Shown: positions 24,835-38,100 of the stretch, piece by piece
Layout: each line of letters starts with the position of its first letter
Position numbering within the stretch: position 1 is the stretch's first letter
Assembly: GCA_051362555.1 (NCBI GenBank)
Contig: CM120648.1
Location: 13,078,587 to 13,142,586, forward strand
Reading direction: 5' to 3'
Origin: Lingula anatina
Lineage: Eukaryota; Animalia; Brachiopoda
DNA length: 64,000 nt
The notes under the pieces: model-generated
The model's input: the letters and a program-made list of their open reading frames with translations, nothing else
Told to the model about the DNA's origin: nothing
Database searches by the model: none
Position numbers and translations under genes: made by a program

Positions 24835-27800
24835 ATGAAGACCGCACTCGTACTGCTACTGGCATTTACGGTTGTTGAGGCTTGGTAGGTCTCTATGAAA
24901 TACTCATACCTGCATTTTTTATAAACACTTCTCTTCTACTTCTACGTTTAAGTTCTTTTAAATGGTTATTCAGTCTTTTCAGATTTATAGTGAGAAAGAT
25001 GTTCTAACCGTCTCCCTTATTTCACCATACTCGGGTGTCCTTAATCTTTCGAGAATTTTTCACCAATGTTTTCTGTTAACAGGTGGGGCCTGGACGAGAC
25101 ACTACAGGACGAAGAGTAAGTTGATAACAAAAAAAGAAAAAAGGATTTTAAAGGATTCTAAAGGTCCTAACCTTTCTAACGATTATATATTACAATCATG
25201 TAATATATTCTGAGGGTAAGAGGATCTATGGGTACAGTCGGTAATACATGTTTATTCTCGGTCATACGACTTGGTCTTCCCAGTAGTCTATGGGCCACTG
25301 TAGGCCCCATTCCCCTTAGTGATTTTCGTTCACTATGTTTTTCTGATAGCTTTTATTTCCTGCTTGTTTGCAATTAAACTGGTGGTGGGTGTGAGTGCTG
25401 CAGCTGTTGCTACCTGTATGGTAACGTCTGGCATTAAAAATTGAGATTTCTGAGGCCAAAAATCTTTGATATTTCAAATGCATTAAATAAATGGATTTCA
25501 AAATAAAGTATAGTTTAAAAGCTACGCTACACTTCACGATCCTCAAAAAATTCCAAGATGGCAGGCAAATTCAAGATGGAGGCCAATTTTAGCTGGTTTT
25601 TGAGTAGTTTAAATTATTTTTGATATTAGTGTGTTTTTTTTTTTTCAATTTTTAAGGAATCGGAATGTGAGATATGTTTTGACGTAACAGAATAGCAGAA
25701 AGTCTCTACTTTATATTTATAGTGTTTGTTTAAGGTGAAACCTTTTAAATTTGATGTAAAATCCTGAAATCTAAGATGGCTGCAACAAAATGTCTTTCAT
25801 TATGGCCGCCAATATGCTTTTGCACACTTGCTAAAATTGATGTATTATATTATTCCAACAAAATATTAATTTTAATTATCTCAAACTAACTTAGTCCAGT
25901 TAGTGATTTTTATTTACTATAATTTTCTGGGAGCTTAGGTTCTAAACATTTATTTTCTGCTTGTTTGCCATTAAACCCTCGGTTGAATTGAGTATCAGAG
26001 CTGTTGCCATGGTAATATCTGGGGTTGGAAATTTATTTTTTAGAGACAAAAATAATTAAACATTTCAAATGCATCAAAATTCATGGAATTCAAAATCATT
26101 CCAGATGTGTGGTTTTAGAAATGTTATATATCATTAAAATTTTCCAAGATGGCAGCAAGTGCAAGATGGTGACAAATTTTTGCTGATTTTGGAATGATTT
26201 TTTTTTAATATTTGTGTTTTGAATTAATTTCATAATTAATTATTTAAATGCAATGCGTCATATGTTTTGATGTATAATAGCGGCAAAAAGTCTCTGCTTT
26301 CTGCATAAAGTGCTTGTTTAAGGTTCAACCTTTTGATTTGTCGTAAAATCCTGGAATCCAAGATGGCTGCCACAAAACATGTCTTTAATAAACGGCTGTC
26401 CCAGCTGAAAAGATGCCACATTAATCATTCCAAATTACATCCTTTATTACTTTATCTTGCCATTTTCAATGAAATATGTTCATTAGGTTATGTATTTAAG
26501 ATTTGCTGCAACCTCTGAGACTTTGGGTTTTTAAAAATGTAAGATGGTCTTCATCTATATGACTAAATGGAATAAAACATTTACATGTATATGCAATAAT
26601 TCCTTTTCATACTGCTAGGGAAGTAAAATAATGTCCACATTTTGGAAAAATCAATATGTCCACTAACTACAATTCAATAAATAATTTAAATTAATTTATA
26701 TGATACTTTACATAAAATATAATTCTATAAAAATGCAAAATTACCATCAATATTTGCAAACCAGTTACCTTTCACTGAAAATCAGACTATTTTTTGCCCT
26801 TCAACTTGCCCAATAGGTGGAAGAGGGATCCAATAATTTCAACCATCTGTGATAATCTACCAGTAGATTTTGGTAGACCAGCTTGAGTTAGTACAAATGT
26901 TCAAGTTTTTGGCTTCATATTATTCATTACATGAAAAGATAATAATAATAGCAAAATAATTAAATAATAAATAAAGATTGAAAGAAGGCAGTTTTGGAGA
27001 AAAAAACGTAGTCTACAATATTTGAAGTTAGAACAGCAATGTGAACCAAAAAAATCACCAAGGATTTGTTGGGGCCATTTTGGATTTCAAGTTTTTTGTT
27101 CTTAAAATGATAATTATAGGAGTAACAATAACTACATGTATAAGCAGTAAGTAAAAACCAAATACCATATAAATATCAAAATACTTAACATTTTTCGATC
27201 CCAATGCTATTTTTTGAAAGTTTCAACATAAGCTACTAACAGTAGGAACAGGTTAAGAAATCAGCTAAAATCGGCCGCCATCTTGAAATTGCCGCCACCA
27301 TCTGAGATGATTAAAGAAAGTTTTTCCATCATAAATTACCACAAAAATAAATGTGTTAGTATTTCAAATAAGTTAACATTGTTATTGAAATTAATATGTT
27401 TAAAATGTTTGATGTTTTCTTTGTCTCAGAAATGTCAGTTTCTAAACCCAGTGTCACTATGGCAATGGTCACACCCACCACCAGTCTAATGGAGAACAAG
27501 CAGAAAATAAAATTTTAGGACGTAAGCTATATATAACAGTAAATGAAAGTTGCTAAATGGGGGTGGGTGGGTTGGATCAGCTTAATAAAATCGATCTAAG
27601 TAACGTTCTTTTGAAATATTCCATCAATTTAAGCCAGAGTGTATCATATATGATAGTATACAGAAGTATATTGACTCAAATGTATTCTTTTCCATATCAA
27701 CTGTGAGTGACTAGCATGTACATGAAACTTAAGGCGATTTCTTAGGTGAAATGTAAGTGACTTGCATTTATTATGGGTTTTATAAATGTGTCTTCAGTCA

Positions 27801-30800
27801 AGTCTTTGGATTTTGTTGACCATTGGCCGCCATCTTGGAAAATTTTGGGGATCGAAAAGCATAGTGAAATTCTTAGACTACACGTCTGGAATGATTTTGA
27901 ATTCCATTTAGTTAATGCATTTGAAATATTTAAGATTTTTGGTTTCAGAAATTTCAATTTTAAACCCGTGCGTTACGGCTGCAGCACTCAAACCCATCAC
28001 CAGTTTAATGGCAAATAAGCAGAAAATAAAAGCTTAAGACCTGAGCTATCAGAAAAACATAGTGAATGAAAATCACTAAAAGGGGGGCTGTTTCGGTATT
28101 TGGCCCATAGACTACAGCAATCACAGAACTTGCCATCGGAAATCAAGGTTAATTTTTCTTATGGTTTTCTTGCGACTAATATATATGAAGGTCAAACTGT
28201 CATCAAAAGGCGTTTTTCAAAGTCCATTTTAACCGTAAGACTAGTTAAGGCAGGTCACTTTACCATGCAATAGTATATGTAATAGTTTATATACATCTTT
28301 GCAGAAGACAGGGTCAAGTAACGCCCTGTATAGGAGGTCCGTCTTGCGGTGGTATTGGAATCACTTCACTTCCTAACTCTAATAATCCCCCTTTTCTCTT
28401 CCTCAGAGGAGCACGACGTATTAGCGAGGGTATCGTCATGAAAGTCATCAAACGTGCAGTTGACAACCAGGAGATGGAAAGGTAAATAGCTGGCGTAGGA
28501 ATTGTAATTTTGATGTATGTATTATTTTTTATTTTTTTTTTTTTTATTATTTTATTTTCATAACATTTCGATAAATTTATACAAGTTTGTATAATTTAAC
28601 CCAGATCCACTAAAATCAGGCGTTGTTTGAAACACCAGTTATTATCAAAGTTTAACCTAACTTCAGCATTGTACAATCCAAACGGTATATATATCCACCT
28701 ATATTATCATTATTATTAAAATGTTAAAAATGCAAACATCACTGAAGAGCAGTTGTGGATTTAGGGGGTATCAGGGGGTCCTGAACCCCCGTATGGTTTC
28801 TGAAAAAAATCATAGAAATGGCCCCCTCTTGAAATTAGAATTTTGACCAGCTGAATCATATTTCTAAACCGTACCATCGTGTTTGAACTAGTGCCCCTTG
28901 ATCAGCTGCAGCCTCATACATGTATTTATACTTTTCACCTGATGCTTTCATTTTGGCTGTTACAAAACTGTAGTTTAACCTTCAAGCGAACTCCGAAACT
29001 CAAAGCCAGACTAACTATCTAACCCTTAAAACAGAACCTCCTGACAGCTTAAAGCTCGCGGCAGTCGGCAAAGTGAATGTGGTTTGAGCCACACATCCTG
29101 ATGTGGGCTTCTGCTGAACAAAACAAGTTTTGAAAACAGTATGACTATCCCACCTACTTTAAGCCCGCAGACATGAATGTTCTAAAAGAGGGATGGTCTC
29201 TCGCCTGTTCATTAGGATACAGGCATGTTTTATTTGATGTTTATAATGTGTGTTCAAGAGATATCGCACAGGGTTTTCTGGAGTAAGAGCGACTAAGCTT
29301 CAGCGTGCTAATATGCCCAATATGGGATTAAGGAGGGAATGTAGGTTTGAGATTTTTCTCTTAAAATAAAGGTCTTGGCTTTTTTATTCCTGTCACATTC
29401 ATTTAACGTATCTTCAAAATATGTAATTTTGCTTGGAACACAGCTTTAACTTCATCGTGTGACGTAATATTGGGATTTTGGGGACAAAAACACCATTTTT
29501 ATACACCTGATTTTCTCAGGCACCTGGACAGCTATAAACTTGCTTTTGATGTCATTATGACACTTGAACAAAGTACTACAGCATGGAGTCAGGGATTTTT
29601 CTTCAGACACTTATTGTTGAGTTTATCTATAAAAACGTGAAATGACATCAAAATATTAGGGAATTTTCACTTTCAAAGTCTATAAATTAGAAAAGAGAGG
29701 GTCAATCAAAATTTCTTAAAAAGCACTTTTAGAGCATACTGTTCATAATTAGCATGGTGAATTTGGTCTCCCTGGTGTACAGGTAGATAGTTAAAGCTTG
29801 TTAAGATAACGCTATCTCGTCAATATTGAAAGCAAAGAAAACGAGCAAAAACCCTTTCAGTGAAGTTAATTGTCCTATAAGCAAATAAAATTGTTGACAG
29901 CTTTACCTGTTATCGTTCTGACGATCGCGAAGATGGGTACTCTTTTGCCGGTTGAAATTAGCTTGTTTGCATGTATTTGGATGTCAGAAAATCTTATTTT
30001 TGTATCAATCTCACCTCCTGTTAGTAACTTCAAGGGGTTACCGCTAGCACTGCCAGAATGATTGACAGGCAATCAAGTAAGCCCTAATGACCCAAGCAAT
30101 CAGTGGCCACGTCAATTGCCGTCGGGGCAAGTGTTAGGGATGCGCTCTAGGATATGCACACAATAGCAGCATCGCATGCGGTCTTGTCCACATTCGCCAA
30201 GCGAAAAATGGTTCGAAAACACGGTCGTGTTACAGGACGCCGATCGGACCACCAACAACAAAAAAATAGACGCAACCAGAAAGGCTTTGTTAGAGGAAAT
30301 GTCTAAAGTTGGGTGAGTCAGGAAAAATTCTGCGATAATTTTTGAAGAAAAAAAAACAATATGTCGGCCTTTAAAGTGCGTACATGAATCCAGAACTGTA
30401 CCTAGAATTGATGCTAAGGCTAATTCTTAAGCTCATAATTCGGAGTCTAGCGATATCATTAGATTTATTTGCTTTACTTTCTTTAATGCACATGTATTGA
30501 ACCTATGCGCCACCCAGTGAATAATTATGCTAGGGTGTGGGCTCAAGTCTTGTATTTACGCAAAACAATCTTGTGTGTTATTCCAGTATATTCCATACAG
30601 GTGACTTTAATAAGCAGAGAATTTCTTTATATTCCGTGAAAAATACACTAAATTTATATAAAATAATATCATGGTTGGCCAAAAAATGTACGCACAGTGC
30701 ATCCGTGCGTATGCCTAGTTACCCCCATGTATATTTTTAAAATCTAACACTAAACTGCATCGACCTGTTGGCGAAAATAGATAGAAAGAATGACGATTGT

Positions 30801-33704
30801 TGTCACGGGTAGCAAGCAACGGAATTTTCTTCTTTTCTTTTGGGTATCTCAAAAAGTTAACAAGAAAATCGAAAGAACGCGTGTAACAACAAGCAATATT
30901 CAAGGGAGAACGAGTATTTCGAGCAAATCCAATGTGTCGGAAAAGATTCATCTTAGCGCTGATCACAATCAAGAGAGACTATCAAAACAGCTTAAGCGGA
31001 ACAATAGGCACTGCTTTGCCGATCGCTGTTTATGACAAAGGGGGCATGGCGCATCCCTGTTCTATTGTTTCCCTAGACGTGCTGATGCTGCTAAGGTCCG
31101 CCCACCGAGTTTACCCATGCCAACGGCCCTTGACAACGAAGGCGGGGCATATACCAGGCCACCGCTGTCGATGTGTGCAGCATCAGAATAATCAGAAAAA
31201 ACAAATTTTTTGTTCAAAATGTAAAAATTTTATTCTGTTAAACGTTAAATACACGTTTAATTAATAATTAGACATAAAAAACCAAAAATGGCTATTTTTA
31301 GCTATATTTGGGTACATCCGCTCCTTAACGGATGCCTCACGTGTTTCTTAAAGTAACTTGGAAGAGTTTTTTTTTTTTTCGTACCACTGCAAAAATGTAA
31401 TGGGCACTTAGATAAAGTCCATGTTTTTGCTGAATGTCGTTGACAAATTAAAAAGTAGCTGTTTTGCATAACGTTCCTTATAAGGTCACGTTAGTTCACG
31501 TGAAATGTTCTCAAGGAGCGTGGGAATAGGTGTTAGATGTTTTTGTGACCGCGTGATTTATTCAGTGCTGTCATCGTTGAACTTTTGGTTCATATGCAAA
31601 CGTCATAACGACGTTACCTTGTCATGCCATTATACGTGTAAATTAGTGTGTACTTATTTTCTGTTCTTTTTTTTTATATATTATCAGTCTATACAGTTCT
31701 GTAACCCGTTCCATATTTTCTTTCATCTATGTTATACATTGTTGTTTCTTACTGGTCGATTGTTCCCACCCTCGAGTTTCTTTGTCCATGTAAGCACGGG
31801 ATTCAAATGACTGCACATGCGCGAAAGTGCGTTGTTTGAAATAAACAAGTTGATGAAATTGACGAAGTCTGCCACTGTTTACAGTCTGGTTGATTTAGTT
31901 TAATTTGCTTCCTGGTGTCGTTTTGAGAAATTATATTGGAAATATTCTGTTGGTTGTATGTATTAAAAAGTAAAGCCATCGGACTTTCCTTAGAATAACA
32001 TTTATTTTGCCTTTATTGTGAGGGGATTCCATTTGTATTTATAGTGTTATATATGGCCCCAAGGGAATTTTCCACCACTCCCCCACTCTTGATAAGGACA
32101 TAAGGACTTGATCGTTGACATGTGCGTTAGTTTCAAAGAGCAGCTCCCGCACACCTGGGGGTACTAGATAAAATCTGAACACCAGGTTTATTGATGAGCT
32201 AGAGAAACAAAGGAAGAATTTTTCCTGCAGAGTTTTTGGGTTTGACAAAGCTTACAAATTTGCAAAAAGTTTTGCGTACAGACGCAGAACTTGCTTTTCA
32301 AGTTATAAAATGATAAATCGTTTAAATTATTTTATATGTCAGATGAAATAACCTTCAAAAACAAATCCTTAACACATAAACGAATTAGGATTACGGACCA
32401 TTTTATTACAGCAGTTCCCAATTTTTCTTTAATATACCCCTCTTTTTCTGTTTTTCCTCAACACGTTTTCTTCCATGAAAGTAATGCCTATGCATACGCA
32501 TGCTTCAAGATACCCTGAGAGCAATTACTTTTATTGATGTTCGCGACCGTGTTTGAACTCAATTGTTAAAAAATATTGATATTTAACGTCATTTACAAAT
32601 GCCAATAATATAACCCCATGAAATAAATTAGATATATTGAAAAATATGAAAGCTCACCAAGACGAGTTTGATACCTGTTTTTACCTGGCTTGGGAAGTGC
32701 AGCGGTGCATAATTAACAGGTTTTATTGTTAACGATCTCTTGGTCAACTACAATGCATTTAAAATGCATCAGCAATTAGTAAGCTGCCAACTGACAGTTA
32801 ATCTGAAAGACTATCAGCTTTTGATATGATCTAAATCACCTGAGGTGACCATGATCTCATCGCATCGCAACTATTGTCACCGAAGTTACTAAGTCACGGA
32901 ACACCGTCACGGACAAAGAAAAGATTGTGAACGAGTGCTGCAATTTTGGTGAATCCCACGGCAACACACTGAGGCATAACGAAAATTGCTCAACTCCGTT
33001 CAACACAACTTTCCTAAACTTCTCTGCCTGTATGCACTTGCAGCTCAGTTGAGTCTTATAAATATATGTTGACCTTTATCCTCATTGTCGTCACAGTACC
33101 ACGTGACCCCGATCAGTTGCTTCATTTATGCATATTGAGGTGAGGTTTACTGAAACGCTTTTTGTCTACTAATAGTTGTTTTTATAATTTTTAAATGGCG
33201 GGGATCGATTAAAACATAACTGTAGTGTATAGATTAAGTGCTGGATCTTCAGAATTCGAGAAATGGATTTTTATATGACTATTGTCCTTTAACCCTGTGT
33301 CCTTTGGATAACAACTAATACAGCTATAGGGTGTGTCCTGTTGTGTATTTTGATATCGAGCTTGTATAATTATTTCACTAGCTTTTTAAGACAATTTCCT
33401 GAATGTTTGTTTTAAGATAAGGTTTGAAGCCTCATATATAAAACAAAATTCCTGTCCTTCCCATACTAATAGAAGTCCATAGAATCATTCAAATCACACA
33501 GGAATAAAACCGAATGAAACACACTCTAATGTTGCACATTCATTGCTTGGAGAAGCCCTATCACAAATGTTCTCCAACAGCTTTACTGTCACATAAATAG
33601 AGCGTTCCATATCATTTTTCAGGTCATGTCCAAGGTGCATCACCAAGGAAATCATAATGGAGGTTATCAAACGTGCGGTTGACAACCACAAGATGCAAAG
33701 ATAA
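24835..33704 (+). CDS. Secreted peptide precursor C (exons 1-3 solid, 3' end tentative)
   Basis: Exons 24835-24884 (MKTALVLLLAFTVVEA-W), 25083-25115 (WGLDETLQDE-E) and 28407-28481 (GARRISEGIVMKVIKRAVDNQEME-R), all GT-AG and phase 2. A further exon-3-like exon at 33623-33704 (SCPRCITKEIIMEVIKRAVDNHKMQR*) is in phase and is followed by AATAAA at 33751. It may be the terminal exon of C or an orphan relic. Confidence 0.62.
25284..28114. mobile_element. Academ-like non-autonomous foldback element in intron 2 of gene C
   Basis: Termini TAGTCTATGGGCCA / TGGCCCATAGACTA with a 3-bp TSD CAG (25281-25283, 28115-28117). Imperfect inverted arms several hundred bp long are built of repeated units rich in CAAGATGGC. 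TAG..CTA ends with a 3-bp TSD fit Academ. Confidence 0.75.
29328..31328. mobile_element. Kolobok-like DNA transposon of about 2 kb (coordinates include TTAA)
   Basis: Left ttaa-ggagggaatgta matches the reverse complement of the right end, ttaa-ggagcggatgta. TTAA TSD with GG..CC termini; no intact ORF. Confidence 0.55.
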
Positions 33705-33973
33705 ATAACTGATGGTCTATGCTTTCCTTGTACTTGGTAATATAACGTATAATAAATAAGGTATAACATTCAATTCGCATTTTTTAAAAATCAAAATACA
33801 TAATTTAATGCTCGAAATACAAGTCATTTATTTGATTCATCCTAATCTTTACCATTTGCTGCTTGAAAAGCCTTGTCACACTTGGAAAACACATGGCTCC
33901 TTAATACTCTCGAACTGGGCGTCAGTTGCAAGTACCACGGATAGGATGGTGACAACACAGGTGAACAAATTTT

Positions 33974-34005
<32 letters not shown>

Positions 34006-35165
34006 AGTGTGGTGGAACGATCAATATACGTATTTGATTTTCAAAGACAACAATTTGCACGAATGGTACACAAACACAGATAACTTTACAGCACTTTTCC
34101 GGAATTCAAATCTTATATTTTGATCAACCGATAGATGTTGAGTTATATACAAGATGAATCGTTATAAAATATGACCATAGAATTTGCTGCACTATTCATT
34201 TATCTAAAAGAACCGTTTCTCACTTATGTTATAGTCACCCTCTCAATATTGGCTATAAACAGTAAGCGCGTTTTTCGTAGAAATATATAGACATATATAC
34301 CAGGTACATCTATGTTACGTTGCTTTTATTCAAACAACACTAATTATCAATTTACAAAACTCTGCATCTAGACTCATGTGAGTTATTCATGGAATTCAGA
34401 TTTTTAAAAAGTCTCCTATACGTACATGTGCTAGCATATAATGTCATAACGCTGGTAGTTTGCCATGTATGGTAAAACCTGGAGCCATCAGATTTCTGGT
34501 CATCCACGTCTATGAGACAAACCAAGGGGAAAACATAAAAATTCAACTCCGAAAAAGTCCTTAATCAGAATGATGCAAATGGGTTGCAGTTTTCGACATG
34601 AATATAACCTAATTTCTATACATTGAATCAGAACATGAATCAGCTTCGTATTTCAACGAGATTTTACCTTGCAACACGTTTATACAGTTTATTGCCAGCA
34701 TTAACGACCCAACGCAGACCAATTTTCTGACATTTAGTAGAATTCCCCCCCCCCCCCCCCCCACCCTTGCATTACTTCTACATGCTAGAGCGGTCCATTA
34801 TATGAGTTATTTGCTCTTCTTTTTGTCCTTTTGCACTAACATTATACATTTTCAGTAATTTCATTTAACTAAAATTCACGTACAGGGGTAAACAAGGAAT
34901 GGATATCGTTAGCCTTATTAAATATACACATATATTAATATCGGAAAAGGTCAAACACTATTTTAATTCAAAATTAATAAGTCTTTAAAATACAGCAAAA
35001 CTGTCATTAAGGTATCCCTGCCCAATTTGCTTTCCTTTTCCAATCTAGGGTAATCGGCGTCATGTAATCGACCCACGGTTTTCATTGTTTCTGTTTGCTT
35101 GACTCCTGTCACCGAGGGGGCCTGAAGCTGCTTCGCTCGTTGGTTCATCATGTTGGTCAGGAGTG

Positions 35166-38100
35166 TCAGTAGCCTGAAGGAGAGATTGGATTGTTTGAAT
35201 CTGTGCCCTATATTGAAACAAAATATATATACACTCATTTACAGCGCTCGCGCACACACACATACACACACACACACCAATACATACCAAGTCGTCCTCT
35301 GCGTCAAAACCCTCCACTGTGTCAGGTATAGCTCTTCCTCCTGACATACCAGCTCTTCGTTCTGTGAGGAGATACAAACAAGAGAAAATGAGTGCGTCCA
35401 TTTGTTTAAAGATACAAATATGTATTGTAATAAAGGGAGTGATCACTGATTGATATATTTTTTTTATTAAACAATAACGTTAAATAAATGTCAATCTACA
35501 TTAATTAAGATGACAATTAAATGATGTTGAAAAAGAAGCATATCTTTAACCTGTATCCTCAAAAGTTGTTTGCATCTTGCGAATATGTGAGAGGCATGTC
35601 TTCGCATCCCACCTCTTATTTGGGTCTCTTTCCAACATGCCTAAAAGTAACTCTTTAAAACCTGGGCAGTCGAATGAAATCTGCAATGAAATTTTATTTA
35701 CCACAAACTGCATTAGGTGCACCTAAGTTAGAGATGATAACAACATAATGAAAAAGCGAATAAAAAACATTGAGATTCTGTAAGAGTGATTTACACGGCT
35801 ATTCAAACAAGCTGTTGCTCCACAGAAAAAAATATCCGAACTAATACACTATAAAATATACACTTAGTGAAAGCAATAGTGGACAATAAAATAGAGCAAG
35901 CTAAGTTTTGGCTGAAAAAGACTCGGTACCAATCTTCTGTATTTAATTGGAGTATCAATGTGTTTAGAAAACTATTTTAAAATTGAAAAATCAAAAAAGT
36001 AAAAACAAATCAAATACAAGGCGATAAAGTATGCGGCTGACAGTCATTAATAACATAGCTTTGCCTTTCCAGTAAAATAATCACTGACAAATTAACAAAA
36101 ATGTCAAACGTTGCGCCTTAAGTTAAAATATGACTTAGCAAAGCAGATTTTAAACTCTCGCGAAGCTTTGTAACATAAGAAATGCAAACAAAAATTAAAG
36201 GACAAGCAAAAATTTCCCCTCACTCTGTCGAGGCAATGACGAACTTCTTGCCAACTATTCCAGTGATGGTTACCAAGTATCAGAAACAGAGCGCAGCATC
36301 CCAGAGACCAAATGTCCATCTTGGGGGTGCATTGGTAGGGAGGCCCGCAAACCTCTGGAGCAGCGTAGAGCCTGGTTATTCCTATCAACAATAAACATAA
36401 AAGTCCAAGAAAGCTATCCATATTACCAGATGAGATTTTTAGATGAAGAAATGTTATATCATTATTATGAACGTATACATGTACTGTGGACACTATCATG
36501 ATATAGTGAATAACTCTCGCATAAAGACACCAAGCCACAGCCTGCACTCCATTCTTGTCTCTTAACACACTACTATTTCAGAAGTTTACTTATAATTCGT
36601 TTTAGACAGATTGGCTCTCAGGTCAATATAATACCCAATTACTATAATCAAACCATTCAAGCGGAATGGGCCAGAAGGAATGAATAAAAAAGAAGCGCTA
36701 GTGTGAAAATCATAAGTATCAGAATTAACATCATTTGTGAAAATGTATAGCGACCAACTACTTGTTAGTACACTTTACACACGAAACAGACGTAAGATGC
36801 ATACAGGCAATACCAGATTGCGAGAAGTCGTTGGGTCGACGACGAATTTCAGATATATAATTTAAGGTAAGCGACTTTGTTGGGCCAACATCAGGTCTAG
36901 GAGCGTCCCTTGCGTCTTCTTCTGTTTAAAAGAATGACGTAATGTTTAAAACAAATGTGCTCGACGGTAAGTAACAGTTCGTGGATAAGGTACTTGAATG
37001 GCCGTCTGTATATTGTTCTAGATTGGTGCCTTGCTTACTTTATTTAGACAAAACTCTATGCACTGTTTGATATTCTGCTAAATGAAAATAAACATTTTGT
37101 CGTATTTTTCGCTACTGTAGTTCGCGGTCATTATACTTGATAAGTGGTCAAACGTTACAATATTTTCTTAATTATGAGTTGTTTGTTTTGTACAAATGAT
37201 CTTATAACAACTACGTTTGATAACTGTACCCATAAAGGTCATTTAACTGGTCGAGTGATTTATTTCTTTATATTGAAGCTATAAAGAGGGTTCAGTTGGG
37301 TCTTTCATTATTGATGGTAACAGCATGCCACTACTCTAAACAGCTTAAGTCATTTGATTAGAATACTTGTTCATAAGACCACTCAACTGTATTATCGCTT
37401 AAAATTGGAGTTTTATTAAAATAAACTATAAAATAAACTATTACATGTACGAAAGGGGCAAAGAAGGTGCAAGTGTCCTTAAAGCCTGACAGACAAACTA
37501 GTAATACTGTAAATTAATCTATTCATTATTTTTAACATTTTGGAGAAATAGCTAAAATGTACAACACTCCAAAACATTAGGAGTTCATCGCCAAGGAATA
37601 CAAAAACGTGTTTAAATAAGCTGACTAAGCAATTATGAGTTGTTAAAGGCATTACATTACCTACAAAGTCCTGTGTATCATCTGGGGTGATAGCAGAACC
37701 TAGGTCCAGAATAACTACACGCCCGTCCGCCATCAGGCCAATATTGTTGGCTAAGAATAAAAGACAGCAATGGTAGTGAAACTTAAAAAGCTGATTTATT
37801 CAAAATATGGAATGGTGAAAAAAGCAAAGATAAAATCAATTGTTATGTAAGGAACCTTTAAATTGTTGAACCGTCAATGCCTAAATCATTCTGCTCGCGT
37901 GTTTCCCATACATTTAGGTTATGAGAAGGAAAAAAACCGTTGTCCCTAGACAGATATGCGTACATGTTAACTCCAATATGTAAACTCACGTTTTAAATCC
38001 CTGTGAATAATTGAACATCTATGCAGTTGCTCAAGCCCTGTCAAAGCTCCCAACAGGCACTGCAACGTCTCCTGTTGCTGAAGAGGTCCGTTGAGAATCA

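Larger units (their letters stand above)
17370..25205. repeat. Tandem segmental duplication, unit 2
   Basis: Colinear with about 6590-15900. Confidence 0.92.

Noticed and set aside
31077-31191. Phase-compatible exon candidate for gene C containing ALDNE
   Set aside because: It lies inside the Kolobok-like element and lacks the dibasic site before ALDN. The similarity is too weak.
35060-35446. 128-aa ORF as the terminal exon of the kinase
   Set aside because: It reads through a good donor (35287), a (GT)n tract and an acceptor (35208). Splicing of the 80-nt intron is preferred, although retention cannot be excluded.
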